Assembly: GCA_964522395.1 (NCBI GenBank) | Contig: CAZFVN010000007.1 | Coordinates: forward strand, 25-64,024 | DNA from: an uncultured Myxococcales bacterium | GTDB lineage: Bacteria; Myxococcota_A; UBA9042; CAIXZC01 | Length of the DNA stretch: 64,000 nucleotides | Direction of reading: 5' to 3' | Part shown: positions 53,835-63,338 of the stretch, in pieces | Position numbering within the stretch: position 1 is the first letter of the stretch | Layout of the letters: the number at the start of each line of letters is the position of its first letter | Translations under genes and position numbers: made by a program | The notes under the pieces: generated by a model | What the model was told of the DNA's origin: nothing | What the model saw: only the letters and a program-made list of their open reading frames with translations | The model's database searches: none

Positions 53835-56126
53835 CTAGTCCAGCAGTCCCTTTGGTGCCGCTTCAATCTCGTCGATGGCATCGCCCGCGAGATTGATCAG
53901 GTCTTCATCATCTGACTGCTTCTGGAATTCCCGGAGAGGGGTGAGGCCCTTCTTGTGGCCCATCAAACGGAGACCCTCAATGGCCGCTGTCTGGACCTCT
54001 CGGCTACCGTCAGCGAAGCCGCGGGCAATATGCTCAACTACGTTGTGGTCCTTCGAGCGACCCAACGCGATAATCGTAGCTGCTCGGATTCGATGGTCAT
54101 CGTGCATAATCAGGATGCCCGACTGCAGCAACGGAACAACCATGGGGTCGATAATGTGCTGGAGGCCATCCACCGCTGCGAGCTGTATGTCCGCGTTTTG
54201 TTCGAAGATGAGCTTCTTGTAAATCTCGTAGAACTCCTTGTGCTCATCGCCAGTCTCGTTCAGGGCGACGATGGTGCGCAGCGCTTCCGCCTTCTGATCG
54301 GCGTTGCGAGACTCAACCATAAACTTCAACTTGCCCCGGGCCGACTTCAACTTACGTACGCGAATGGCCTTGATGGCCGCAATTCGGACCGCATCGTCCT
54401 CGTCCCCGAGCAACTCGAGGGTCACCGTGTCACCATCCTCATTGGCAAGCGAGAGGGCCGCCTTCCCCACCAACATTCGGACGTCGGAAGAAGGATCCTT
54501 CTTCATGCGGAGCAGTCGTCGCCAGTTGCGAATGCCACCAATCTCGTAGATGGCCTGCACCGCCGCTCGCTTAATGACCTCGGCCTTGTCTTTCATGGAA
54601 TCGCCAAGGAGTTCGAGAATCGGTTCAATGTCTTTCTTTTCGGCAGCAAGAACCTTGGCTTCAGCCACCAGGGCGAGGACTGCAAGTTCGCGAATGACGA
54701 TGTCTTCGGACTTGGCCCGCTTCATGAGCTGGAAGTTGGAGAGCTTGCCCAGGAGACCCGAGATGGTGGTACGGGCGGCGCTCTTGAGGACCGGGCTGAG
54801 CGAGGCTTTGGATAGTGCAGGCAGTTGGTCCATCAGTTCCAACTTGCCGATGGCGACTACCGCGGCCAGAGAGACCTTATCGTCGACGTGGGCCAGGGCT
54901 TTGACCAACAGCTCGGCCATATCTTTGTAGCCCCGCATCTCAATCGTGGAGATGGCCTGCACCGCGGGGTCACCCTTGTGTTTCTCCACGAGGTAGGTAA
55001 TGCCCTGTGCGGCAAATGCGGCATCTTCCTGGAGCATCAACTCAACGGCCCCATCTCGACGGTACTGTTCCAGAATAGCGGCGTTGGAGAGTAGCCCTTT
55101 GAAGGTCTCAAGGTCGCGCAGTTGCTTGAGGCCGGCGAAGGCTGCCTTGCGCACGTTTTCGTTGGCATGGGACAACTGTCGAACGATGGCCGGTAGCACC
55201 CGCTTGTCACCTGATGCCGCCAGTTTCTGCACCGTCTGGACCACCACCGCCGGGTCCTTGCTCTTCAACTCTTCAAAGAGGATGTAGATCTTGTAATTCA
55301 CCTTGTTGTTACCCACTAGAATGCGTGCTGCCCGCAATTGCGTCTCAGGGTCCTTTGTGGAATCCGCGGTCATGGCCAGGGCATTGAGGACCAGGGGGTC
55401 CGTCTTCTTGGTGAGGAGGTCGATGACCTTGTAAACGATGGCAAGATCCACGTCTTGAAGGAGCGGAATGAGCAATTCGTTTTCGTTAGCGAACTTCAGG
55501 TGAGGGAAGGCCTTGAGGACTGTCATCCGGACGTAGGCCTCGGGTGATTTCAAAAGATTGGCGATCTTCTGGAAGAGCACTGGGTCTTTTCGGGCCATCT
55601 TCTCGTCGAAGTCCCTTGATTCTGTGTATTCGTTGGGCCCCAGGCGGACTATGGCGTGGGGGAAGTTAGCTGGAGGGAGCGCCTCCCAGAGCGGCACCGT
55701 CGGCACGAAGTAGGGATACTTCATCTGAGTATCGGTGATCTGCTTGCCGTCGTTCAACTTCACGTCGGCGATCCCGATGGTCGTCAGTGTGAGGTAGATT
55801 TCGCCGATGATAACATCGCGGAATCGTTCTTGCTCAGCATCGACGTGAAGAGTAGCGGTGAACTTGCCATCATTCTCTCGGACCACCAGATGCGTGCTTC
55901 CGTAAATCGCTTGACGAGATCCGTGGAGTTTCTCGAATAGAACACCAACTTTGCGCTCCATCTGCCGATGAGTTGGGCCGGTGAATGAGAAGGGCACGAA
56001 GAAGATCCGCTGCTGCCCTTGATATTCCATCTGCTCGGCAGAAAACGCGAAGTAGACTTCTGCCCGCGCCAGTGCCGGAGCCAATACCACGAGAGCAACA
56101 AGAGAGATAACCAGCCGTTTCAACAT
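53835..56126 (-). CDS. Exported HEAT-repeat protein
   Basis: Start 56126 (GGAGG RBS); signal peptide; many HEAT repeats (D..VR.AA..AL); non-repeat N-terminal domain. Confidence 0.78.
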   Translation of the reverse strand: MLKRLVISLVALVVLAPALARAEVYFAFSAEQMEYQGQQRIFFVPFSFTGPTHRQMERKVGVLFEKLHGSRQAIYGSTHLVVRENDGKFTATLHVDAEQERFRDVIIGEIYLTLTTIGIADVKLNDGKQITDTQMKYPYFVPTVPLWEALPPANFPHAIVRLGPNEYTESRDFDEKMARKDPVLFQKIANLLKSPEAYVRMTVLKAFPHLKFANENELLIPLLQDVDLAIVYKVIDLLTKKTDPLVLNALAMTADSTKDPETQLRAARILVGNNKVNYKIYILFEELKSKDPAVVVQTVQKLAASGDKRVLPAIVRQLSHANENVRKAAFAGLKQLRDLETFKGLLSNAAILEQYRRDGAVELMLQEDAAFAAQGITYLVEKHKGDPAVQAISTIEMRGYKDMAELLVKALAHVDDKVSLAAVVAIGKLELMDQLPALSKASLSPVLKSAARTTISGLLGKLSNFQLMKRAKSEDIVIRELAVLALVAEAKVLAAEKKDIEPILELLGDSMKDKAEVIKRAAVQAIYEIGGIRNWRRLLRMKKDPSSDVRMLVGKAALSLANEDGDTVTLELLGDEDDAVRIAAIKAIRVRKLKSARGKLKFMVESRNADQKAEALRTIVALNETGDEHKEFYEIYKKLIFEQNADIQLAAVDGLQHIIDPMVVPLLQSGILIMHDDHRIRAATIIALGRSKDHNVVEHIARGFADGSREVQTAAIEGLRLMGHKKGLTPLREFQKQSDDEDLINLAGDAIDEIEAAPKGLLD

Positions 56127-56190
56127 TTTATCCTCCACAGAATCGACTACATTCTGTCTTTAACAGATCAGAAGTCAATGATCTTCCGGG

Positions 56191-57765
56191 CTACGCCTTT
56201 GTCTTAAAATCCTTCCCCAACCAGCCCTTAGCCGCAATCAACATGACTGTGGACATCAAGGCGATGCAGGCGAATATGAACCACATGGTCTGAGTGTCCT
56301 TGGGGCCCTCCGCGGGGCAGTATCGATCCATCATCCAGCCCGAGTAGAGCAGCGGAACGAGAAGCTTGGTCAGGAACCACGGGAACTGTGCCACGCCCAT
56401 ATAGGTTCCGGTGCGGCCTTCCGGCGCGATTTCTGCGGCATACTGGAGGAAGCGGGGTTGCCACATGGCCTCACCAATGGTCATCACCAGGATGTAGGTG
56501 AAGAGTGCCCACGGTTGCGGTCCGGCCACCAGCAGGAAGGCCGGGGCGGCCATGATCAAGGTACCCCAGATCATCATGTTGTAGACCTTCGCCCGCATGG
56601 TCACAGCAGTAATGATTGGCACTAGAATGAAGATGAGAATCGGGTTGGCGTTGGCCGCAATCTCGAAGTACTCACCGATCCAGCCATCAAAGGCTCGGGA
56701 TATATACTGCGGCAGCACCAGCCAGTTGTAAGTGAAGAGCGTCTGGACCGGAATCAGGGCAAAGATGAAGAAGGCAAACTTGACGTTGGAGAGGGGATGG
56801 AGCGCGATCCACTGTACGACCTTCTCCCGTCGTGTCGCGGGGAGTAGCAGGATATATACGGGTAGGAGTCCGACGGCTGCGGCCGCATAGTAGGCAGCAG
56901 GTGCGGGGACCCGCCACAAAATGGCTGCGACAATGGCAGCTAGTAGTAGCCACATGTGCCACGGCACGCTTGAGGGGAGCTCCTCCTCTACCACTGGTGC
57001 AATCTCCGACCTGTTCTCCGGTTCGGCAGCAATTGCTTCGGCTTCACTCCTTTCCCGCTCAAGCTTAGCAGCCTTGGTGGCCTCGATAACGGTCTTCCGG
57101 GTCAAAATGAAGACAGTGGCCAGCAGCGCCACGACGGTGAAAGCCGTGTAGACCCAGAAAGTGCCCGGTATTCCCAGGCCCAGGTAATCGTCATCCCGCA
57201 CGAGGAAAGCGAAGGAAGGTAGCCAACCGCCCAGGTTCATTAGCGCGTAGAGCATGGCGAATCCCATGGCCGCGGTCTTGGGAGTTGTGAACTGACGAAC
57301 TGCGGCGTAGGCCGCAGGTTGGTACATTCCATAGCCGATGACAATGAGTACGATTCCTCCCATTGTTACCAGATGAAGCGGCGACCATAGTCCTGCGGGC
57401 TCAAGTCCTAGTACCGTGGGGGCCGCCGACATTATCACCCGGCCAATGAGCATGAAGACAAAAGCAATCAGTAGAGCTCTCCTCACTCCCCATTTGTCAC
57501 CCACAAAACCGAGGAAGAACATGGAGATCGTAATACCCGCGGTGAGCACCATCACCATGGTGTGAGACCATTCGTCGGCGTGGTCGACGCCTGTGAAGAC
57601 ATACTCGGAGAAGTGGATCGCCAGATAGCCCAGCATTCCGAAGTAGACCATTCCTTCCAGCAAATAGGCCACGTTGATGCCCCACAGGGCACGGGGGGCG
57701 TGAACCAGGTCCACAAAAGGCTGGACGATCTCTTTGAGCGGATTCTTCGGGGTTTCGTTCGCCAC
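56191..57765 (-). CDS. MFS transporter, POT/peptide-transporter-like
   Basis: GTG 57765 fits AGGAGG spacing; GFVGDKWGVRRAL, AMGFAMLYALMNLGG, ANPILIFILVP, TIGEAMWQPR. Confidence 0.8.
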   Translation of the reverse strand: MANETPKNPLKEIVQPFVDLVHAPRALWGINVAYLLEGMVYFGMLGYLAIHFSEYVFTGVDHADEWSHTMVMVLTAGITISMFFLGFVGDKWGVRRALLIAFVFMLIGRVIMSAAPTVLGLEPAGLWSPLHLVTMGGIVLIVIGYGMYQPAAYAAVRQFTTPKTAAMGFAMLYALMNLGGWLPSFAFLVRDDDYLGLGIPGTFWVYTAFTVVALLATVFILTRKTVIEATKAAKLERERSEAEAIAAEPENRSEIAPVVEEELPSSVPWHMWLLLAAIVAAILWRVPAPAAYYAAAAVGLLPVYILLLPATRREKVVQWIALHPLSNVKFAFFIFALIPVQTLFTYNWLVLPQYISRAFDGWIGEYFEIAANANPILIFILVPIITAVTMRAKVYNMMIWGTLIMAAPAFLLVAGPQPWALFTYILVMTIGEAMWQPRFLQYAAEIAPEGRTGTYMGVAQFPWFLTKLLVPLLYSGWMMDRYCPAEGPKDTQTMWFIFACIALMSTVMLIAAKGWLGKDFKTKA

Positions 57766-57831
57766 TTTCATTCCTCCTAGCAGTGCGGCACAGTACAGCA
57801 ATGGTGCCACTTTGTGTCAAGGACAATCTCA

Positions 57832-57860
57832 TTGACACTGCGTCCACCAAAACCTAGGAT
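57832..57860 (+). promoter_or_regulatory. sigma70 promoter (back-to-back with a minus-strand TTGACA at 57820-57815)
   Basis: TTGACA(57832-37)-17 bp-TAGGAT(57855-60). Confidence 0.65.
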
Positions 57861-57883
57861 TTTGGGAGTAGCCCGGAGGTTCT

Positions 57884-58582
57884 ATGCGTTGTAGACTCGC
57901 CCTGACTATCGTCGTTTGTGTTCTGTTGCCCATCTCTTTCGGTTGCCAGGAGGTGGAGAAGATTGCCAACAAGGTGAAAGACAAGGTAACCGGAAAGAAG
58001 AGTGCCCAGGCGCCTGACCCGAAGCCGGCTCAACCCGAAAAGAAGTCAGTGGAAAGCGGTACTATCGCCCTGCTCATCGCTTCAGAAGGCTACCAGGATA
58101 AGGAACTGGAAACCGCTCGCACCACCTTCGTCGAGGCAGGCTTTGATGTCCAGGTGATCTCCTTCTTCGGCGGTCAGGCGACCGGAGCGCTGGGGGGCGA
58201 AACCGCAGTGGACAAGCAACTCGAAGATATTTTGGAGAACGTCGAGGATTACGTTGCAGTGGTGCTTATCGGGGGCCCTGGTGCCACCTTCTACCACAAG
58301 GATAAGAAGGCCCACGATTTTGTGCAAAAGGCCATGGCTGCCGAAAAGGTCGTGGGGGCCATCTGCCTTGCACCGTTCACCCTCGGCTATGCCGGTGTTC
58401 TCAAAGGCCGCAAGGCGACCGCATGGACCGGCGGTAGATTCTCCCCTGAAATGCTAGCCGCCGAAGGTGCCCTCTTCCGGGATGAATCGGTGGTCGTGGA
58501 TGAGAACCTGGTAACCGCCAATGGCCCTGACGCTGCCGGGGCTTTTGCCAACGCCGTTGTAGCAACATTGAAGGGGAACTAA
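57884..58582 (+). CDS. DJ-1/PfpI family protein with lipoprotein signal
   Basis: Lipobox SFGC; EGYQDKEL, VVLIGGPGA, GAICLAP (catalytic Cys), VVDENLVTANGP. Confidence 0.85.
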   Translation: MRCRLALTIVVCVLLPISFGCQEVEKIANKVKDKVTGKKSAQAPDPKPAQPEKKSVESGTIALLIASEGYQDKELETARTTFVEAGFDVQVISFFGGQATGALGGETAVDKQLEDILENVEDYVAVVLIGGPGATFYHKDKKAHDFVQKAMAAEKVVGAICLAPFTLGYAGVLKGRKATAWTGGRFSPEMLAAEGALFRDESVVVDENLVTANGPDAAGAFANAVVATLKGN

Positions 58583-58657
58583 ACTGTAAGACCTGATTGG
58601 TCGAAACGACCCAACATGCGTGTGCCTGCCCCGGCGCCATCAACCTGAGGTAGTACA

Positions 58658-59251
58658 ATGTTCAAGAAAGCAGCCGCATTTATCGGTACCTACGTTCTGC
58701 TCGCCGCCTGTTCGGCCGCTCCGGTGGCATCCACTTCTCTCGCGGCAGCGACTACGCCCGAGGCAGCCGTAGCGCCGGTAGAGGCTCCTGCCGCTGAGGT
58801 GGCCGCAGCCGAGGAGAGCAAGACCGGTCTGGAATCGCTGGTGCTTTACGATCTCAAGGGACGGCCCATCGACTTTGGGCAATTGGTGGGTAAGAAGACT
58901 CTGGCCATCAGCTTCTGGGCCACTTTCTGCAAGCCTTGTAAATCGGAAATGCCCTTCCTCCAGAAGATGGTTGAGAAATACGGTGCGGACGGATTCGAGG
59001 TACTGGCAATCAGCCTCGATACTCCAGACACAGAGGCATCGGTCCGGCCCTTCATTCAGAAGAACAATTACACCTTTCAGGTCACCATCGACCGCCAGAG
59101 TGAAGCTACTCAGCTTCTGAATTCCAAGAGTGTCCTACCATTTCTCATTGTTATGGACCGCAAGGGGAACATCGTGAAACAGAAGGATGGCTTCACCGTG
59201 GGTGACCAGCCCGCCCTGGAGAAGCTCATCCAGGATCTGGTTGCACAATGA
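58658..59251 (+). CDS. TlpA-family thioredoxin-like lipoprotein
   Basis: Lipobox LLAAC; SFWATFCKPCKSEMP; VLAISLD; LPFLIVMDRKG. Confidence 0.88.
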   Translation: MFKKAAAFIGTYVLLAACSAAPVASTSLAAATTPEAAVAPVEAPAAEVAAAEESKTGLESLVLYDLKGRPIDFGQLVGKKTLAISFWATFCKPCKSEMPFLQKMVEKYGADGFEVLAISLDTPDTEASVRPFIQKNNYTFQVTIDRQSEATQLLNSKSVLPFLIVMDRKGNIVKQKDGFTVGDQPALEKLIQDLVAQ

Positions 59252-60954
59252 GACTGTTTCTACTTGCAGCAGCTTGCCTTGCACTTACCCTCGGACCTAC
59301 CCCGGCAACCGCCCAACTCTTCACCGCCGGTGACGTCGATTTCGGGCTGACCGAGTCTTTCTATGCCGACTGGCACAAGAACTATCGGGTCCAGATTGGT
59401 GATGAGACCTACAACTACCTGGATATCAAGAACCGCCTCAATCTGACGGCCCGGGCGCGGTCCTGGCAGGCTGGCTTGCGCCTTGACACCGCCGGTTTTT
59501 CGGGTCCTGACACTGGGGTCACGGGAGATGACTTTGACAAGCAGTTTCTAAGCGGGCTTGATGCTTCATCCGCGAACATGGATGCAAGGCTCGAGAAGCT
59601 CTATGTCAGGTTCCGAAAAGGGGCCTATGGGATCGAAGCAGGGGATGTCTACGGTTGCCTGGGAAAAGGAATGGCCCTTTGCGTTAAGAAGGTGGACGAA
59701 CTATCCACCGACACCTCTTTGCGAGGCCTCAAGGCCTACTACAATGGACGCATGTTCGGGGCTACCGCCCTCGGTGGACTCGCCAATATCGTCAACGTTG
59801 GCGACAAGATCGAGCAGTTCCTACCAGATCCCAATGATTTCGTGGGCGGTGCAGAGGTGCGCGTCAATCCGGTTTATTGGTTGAGAGCCTCGGGCCACGC
59901 CGGTTTCCTTCTCGACCGCAGGGAAATCGGGGATATCGATCTCCCCGGCTTCGTTTCCGCGGAGGAATTTGAGAATGACGATGTCGTGCGACGGCAATTG
60001 CTGCTTACCGTTGGTCCCAATCTGACCATCAATGATATCTTTGGCCACGGTACCTTCGTCCTTGAATATGAAGCGATTCTGCAAACCTGGGTTAATGAAG
60101 ACCCTGACGACCCCCAGGATGCTCTGGTCGGTGAGGCGGTCTACGCCAATGCCACCTTCAACTGGGGTCTTGTCAATGTACTTGCGGAAATGAAATGGTA
60201 CGAGAGCCGCATCGACGAAGGAGCCAGTTCCGTCAACTTCATGGGGACCAAAGTCGAGGGCCCCTCCGAGCAGGTCGATTTTGTTTACTACGGCGTCTTG
60301 CCCCCGCTGGAGGACGAGAATCTTCTCTTCCGCAACGACCGTCCCTGGGATGTTGTTGGCGGACGAACCCGCCTCGATCTTGAAGTTCCACCGACCCATG
60401 GCGGCATCGCCTGGGCGAGCTACTCACATTTCACCGACAGTGACGGTGGTCCCAAACTCACTAGTGAGTATAAGGTGCAGCATGTCATGGGAGGCTGGGA
60501 GCAACGCCTCGATGACCTTTCCATATCTGCAAACGTGTCGGGAGGCTATCGCAAGGAAGACTTCCATTTCACAAAAGAGAACATGTGGCACATCGAAGGA
60601 GATGTCCATCTGCCAATTTACGGGCCCCACTCCTTTGAAATCTCGGCAAGACGAGAATCCTACGACCAGCCTGATTTCATGGTCGAGTATACTATCATGC
60701 AATTGGTCTCGACTTACTCCTTCGCCCCCTGGCTGGGCCTCAGCTACACCTTCGAACAATCGGACCAGCCTGGCCCGAACCCTGCTACCCGCGGCAATTT
60801 CCACTCGGCCGAGGTGATCTACCGCTTCATGTCCGGGTCCTATGCCAAGGTCTTCGTCGGCTCCTCCCGCGGCGGCCTCAAATGCGCTGGAGGCATGTGC
60901 CGCACCTTCCCGCCCTTCGACGGCGTCAAGGGCGAATTGACGCTGCGGTTTTAG
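59248..60954 (+). CDS. DUF6029-like outer-membrane protein
   Basis: Signal peptide; beta-strand pattern; YGCLGKGMAL; C-terminal SRGGLKCAGGMCRTFPPFDG..LRF; ATGA overlap with tlpA. Confidence 0.65.
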   Translation: MRLFLLAAACLALTLGPTPATAQLFTAGDVDFGLTESFYADWHKNYRVQIGDETYNYLDIKNRLNLTARARSWQAGLRLDTAGFSGPDTGVTGDDFDKQFLSGLDASSANMDARLEKLYVRFRKGAYGIEAGDVYGCLGKGMALCVKKVDELSTDTSLRGLKAYYNGRMFGATALGGLANIVNVGDKIEQFLPDPNDFVGGAEVRVNPVYWLRASGHAGFLLDRREIGDIDLPGFVSAEEFENDDVVRRQLLLTVGPNLTINDIFGHGTFVLEYEAILQTWVNEDPDDPQDALVGEAVYANATFNWGLVNVLAEMKWYESRIDEGASSVNFMGTKVEGPSEQVDFVYYGVLPPLEDENLLFRNDRPWDVVGGRTRLDLEVPPTHGGIAWASYSHFTDSDGGPKLTSEYKVQHVMGGWEQRLDDLSISANVSGGYRKEDFHFTKENMWHIEGDVHLPIYGPHSFEISARRESYDQPDFMVEYTIMQLVSTYSFAPWLGLSYTFEQSDQPGPNPATRGNFHSAEVIYRFMSGSYAKVFVGSSRGGLKCAGGMCRTFPPFDGVKGELTLRF

Positions 60955-60972
60955 GGGCGCACCTCCCACGAC

Positions 60973-61002
60973 TTGACACATGCACATGAACATGCACATA
61001 AT
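60973..61002 (+). promoter_or_regulatory. vapBC promoter with overlapping direct-repeat operator
   Basis: TTGACA(60973-78)-18 bp-CATAAT(60997-61002); ACATGCACAT at 60978-87 and 60990-99. Confidence 0.7.
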
Positions 61003-61019
61003 GACTTCGGAGGTTACCT

Positions 61020-61268
61020 ATGGGACTGACCAAGCGAGTACAGGTGCTAATGGAGCCGGAGGATTTTGAAGAACTAGCCCGGGTGGCCCGGCGCAAGCGG
61101 GTTTCCGTCGCTGAGCTGCTCCGCCGGTCCGCAGCAGAGAAATATCTCGTATGTGGGGATCATGTGCACGCGGTCGTGGACGAAATCGCAGCCATGGACC
61201 TCCCCGTAGACGATTGGGCCACGATGAAGCAGGAACTTGAGGAGATGGCCGATGACCGTCTTCCTTGA
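61020..61268 (+). CDS. vapB: Ribbon-helix-helix (CopG-like) antitoxin
   Basis: KRVQVLMEPEDFEELARVARRKRVSVAELLRR; acidic C-terminus; overlaps the PIN gene. Confidence 0.78.
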   Translation: MGLTKRVQVLMEPEDFEELARVARRKRVSVAELLRRSAAEKYLVCGDHVHAVVDEIAAMDLPVDDWATMKQELEEMADDRLP

Positions 61269-61656
61269 TACCAACATCTTCGTCTATGCTGCCGGAAGAG
61301 AGCACCCGCATAAGGCTCCCTGCCTGCAGGTACTGCGCGAAGTTGCCAACGGATCCTTGTCCGCCGTTACCAGTGTCGAAGTGATCCAGGAACTGCTCCA
61401 TCTGTTCTCTCGCCGCAGCCAGCGCTTAGACGGAATCATGCTTTGCCGGCGTGTGCTCGCCTTGATTCCTGAGCCGCTGCCCGTCGAACGCAAAACCGTC
61501 GAACTGCTCTGCAAGCTTGCTGAGAAATACCCCGACAAGGGAACCCGAGACCTGCTCCATCTGGCCTCCATGGTTGCCGCGGGTATCCAGCAGATTGTCT
61601 CCGTGGACCAGGACTTCGAGCTTTTCGACGAGGTGGAACGTTTGGAGCCTGGGTAG
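61252..61656 (+). CDS. vapC: PIN-domain toxin
   Basis: VFLDTNIFVYA, VIQEL, RDLLHLA, IVSVDQDF acidic tetrad; start 61252. Confidence 0.88.
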   Translation: MTVFLDTNIFVYAAGREHPHKAPCLQVLREVANGSLSAVTSVEVIQELLHLFSRRSQRLDGIMLCRRVLALIPEPLPVERKTVELLCKLAEKYPDKGTRDLLHLASMVAAGIQQIVSVDQDFELFDEVERLEPG

Positions 61657-61718
61657 GCACATGACACCCGCTCCCACATCAGCTACACTACACTGGCAGT
61701 GCCGAATAGGGGAGGCCT

Positions 61719-63338
61719 ATGGCCGATGCTGGAAACATATGCGGGTTGTTGAACCTCACCGTCAAGTGCAATCAGAATTGTCTATTCTGCTGTGACGGAG
61801 ACGTGAAGGACTCCGGCTACCATCTGACCTTCGAGGAAGCCAAGGAGCGGGTCACGCAAATCGTCAGTGAAGGAGCCGACTCCATAACCTTCATCGGTGG
61901 GGAGCCTCTGGTTCAGAAGTATCTGGCCGACCTCGTACGGTTCTCCCGCGAAAATGGCTTGCGAGTGGGACTCACGACCAACGGCACCCTGCTTACCGAG
62001 GAACGCCTGACTGCGCTCATGGATGCCGGCCTTACCTCCCTCGAAGTCTCTATCCACTCATTTGACCCGGAACGCTCCGCGGAAATCTCCCGGGGCAAGA
62101 ATACGGCGGCCAAACAGCGCCGCGCTCTTGAGTTGCTCGGGTCTCTCCAGGGCAAGGGGGGGCCCAGACTTTCCATCAATTTCGTACTCTTCGAGCGCAA
62201 CTACAAGGAGTTGCCCGACTTCGCTCGCACCGTCGTCCAGGACTATCCCTTCGTGGACGAGTTTTTTGTGAACTTCCTCGACCCCATCGGCTATCCGGCC
62301 CACGACCATTCTCTGCTCCCTGCCTACCGGGAGGTCCAGCCCTATCTCCGGGAGGCCCTGGACGTTGTTCATGAGGCGGGCATTTCCTTTACCGTAGACT
62401 CTGTGCCCAGTTGCATTCTGGGGCCTTACGCGCTTTTCCTGCGGGCTACTCGCGAGAAGCTGCGAGGCGTTCGCTACGCGAAGCAGACTTTGCGCATTGA
62501 GAACTCGGCCCCTGACCCCGATCTTTCTCAGTACTACCGCGTCAACGCCTGTCACGCCTGTCCCATCAGCGGGCTCTGCCCCGGAGTCAACTTCCGCTAC
62601 CTCGGGATTCGTGGCGAAGGTGAGTTTCGTCCCTTCCCTCTCGACCTGCTCCAAGAGGGCGGAGTATATGCGCCCAGAGAGGCCCCTCCTGATCTGCTCA
62701 CGGAGCTGGGTGTGACGGGGCGAGACCTCGCCCGGCGCCGCCAGCAAAGGGTGAACTTCCAGATAACGTCACGCTGCAACAACAACTGCCGCTGGTGCGG
62801 CTGCACTGTGGCCGGGGAGGAACCGTCGCCGGCCAAAGTGGCCCGAGAGCTGGGAGAGATGGTCGCCAGGGCGGACGGTCCCGAGGTCTTGCTCACAGGG
62901 GGAGAGCCTGCCATCCACCCCAACTTCCTACAGTTCATCAAACATCTTTCAAGCGCCGGCCGCGGCGTTGGATTTGTCACCAACGGTCGTCTCTTTTCAT
63001 ATGAGCAGTGGGGACGGAAGGTGGCGGATCGAGGGGCGACCTTCGTCGAGTTACATCTCCCAGCTCCCCTGGGCATTCTCTCCGCCCACGTCCAGGATGA
63101 GGCAGCGGAGGGCCAGGTTCTCCAGGGCTTCACCAACCTCCTGAAAGAGCGGCGACTCCATATTGCCGTGCGTCTATTCGTCCCGGCGGGTAGCGAGGCC
63201 CGGGTGGAATCTACTCTGGAAGTTCTGGCTGACCTTGGTATCTATCGCATTGCCATTACTTGCGAAGAACCGGCTGACTCTGCGTTGCGGTTCGCCTGGT
63301 CTGAGGCGGCTAGACGTCTGACTTTGCAGCTTTCGTGA
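61719..63338 (+). CDS. Tandem double radical-SAM-domain protein
   Basis: CNQNCLFC (61767-90) with FIGGEP and TTNG; auxiliary CHACPISGLC; second CNNNCRWC (62775-98) with LTGGEP and VTNG. Confidence 0.88.
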   Translation: MADAGNICGLLNLTVKCNQNCLFCCDGDVKDSGYHLTFEEAKERVTQIVSEGADSITFIGGEPLVQKYLADLVRFSRENGLRVGLTTNGTLLTEERLTALMDAGLTSLEVSIHSFDPERSAEISRGKNTAAKQRRALELLGSLQGKGGPRLSINFVLFERNYKELPDFARTVVQDYPFVDEFFVNFLDPIGYPAHDHSLLPAYREVQPYLREALDVVHEAGISFTVDSVPSCILGPYALFLRATREKLRGVRYAKQTLRIENSAPDPDLSQYYRVNACHACPISGLCPGVNFRYLGIRGEGEFRPFPLDLLQEGGVYAPREAPPDLLTELGVTGRDLARRRQQRVNFQITSRCNNNCRWCGCTVAGEEPSPAKVARELGEMVARADGPEVLLTGGEPAIHPNFLQFIKHLSSAGRGVGFVTNGRLFSYEQWGRKVADRGATFVELHLPAPLGILSAHVQDEAAEGQVLQGFTNLLKERRLHIAVRLFVPAGSEARVESTLEVLADLGIYRIAITCEEPADSALRFAWSEAARRLTLQLS

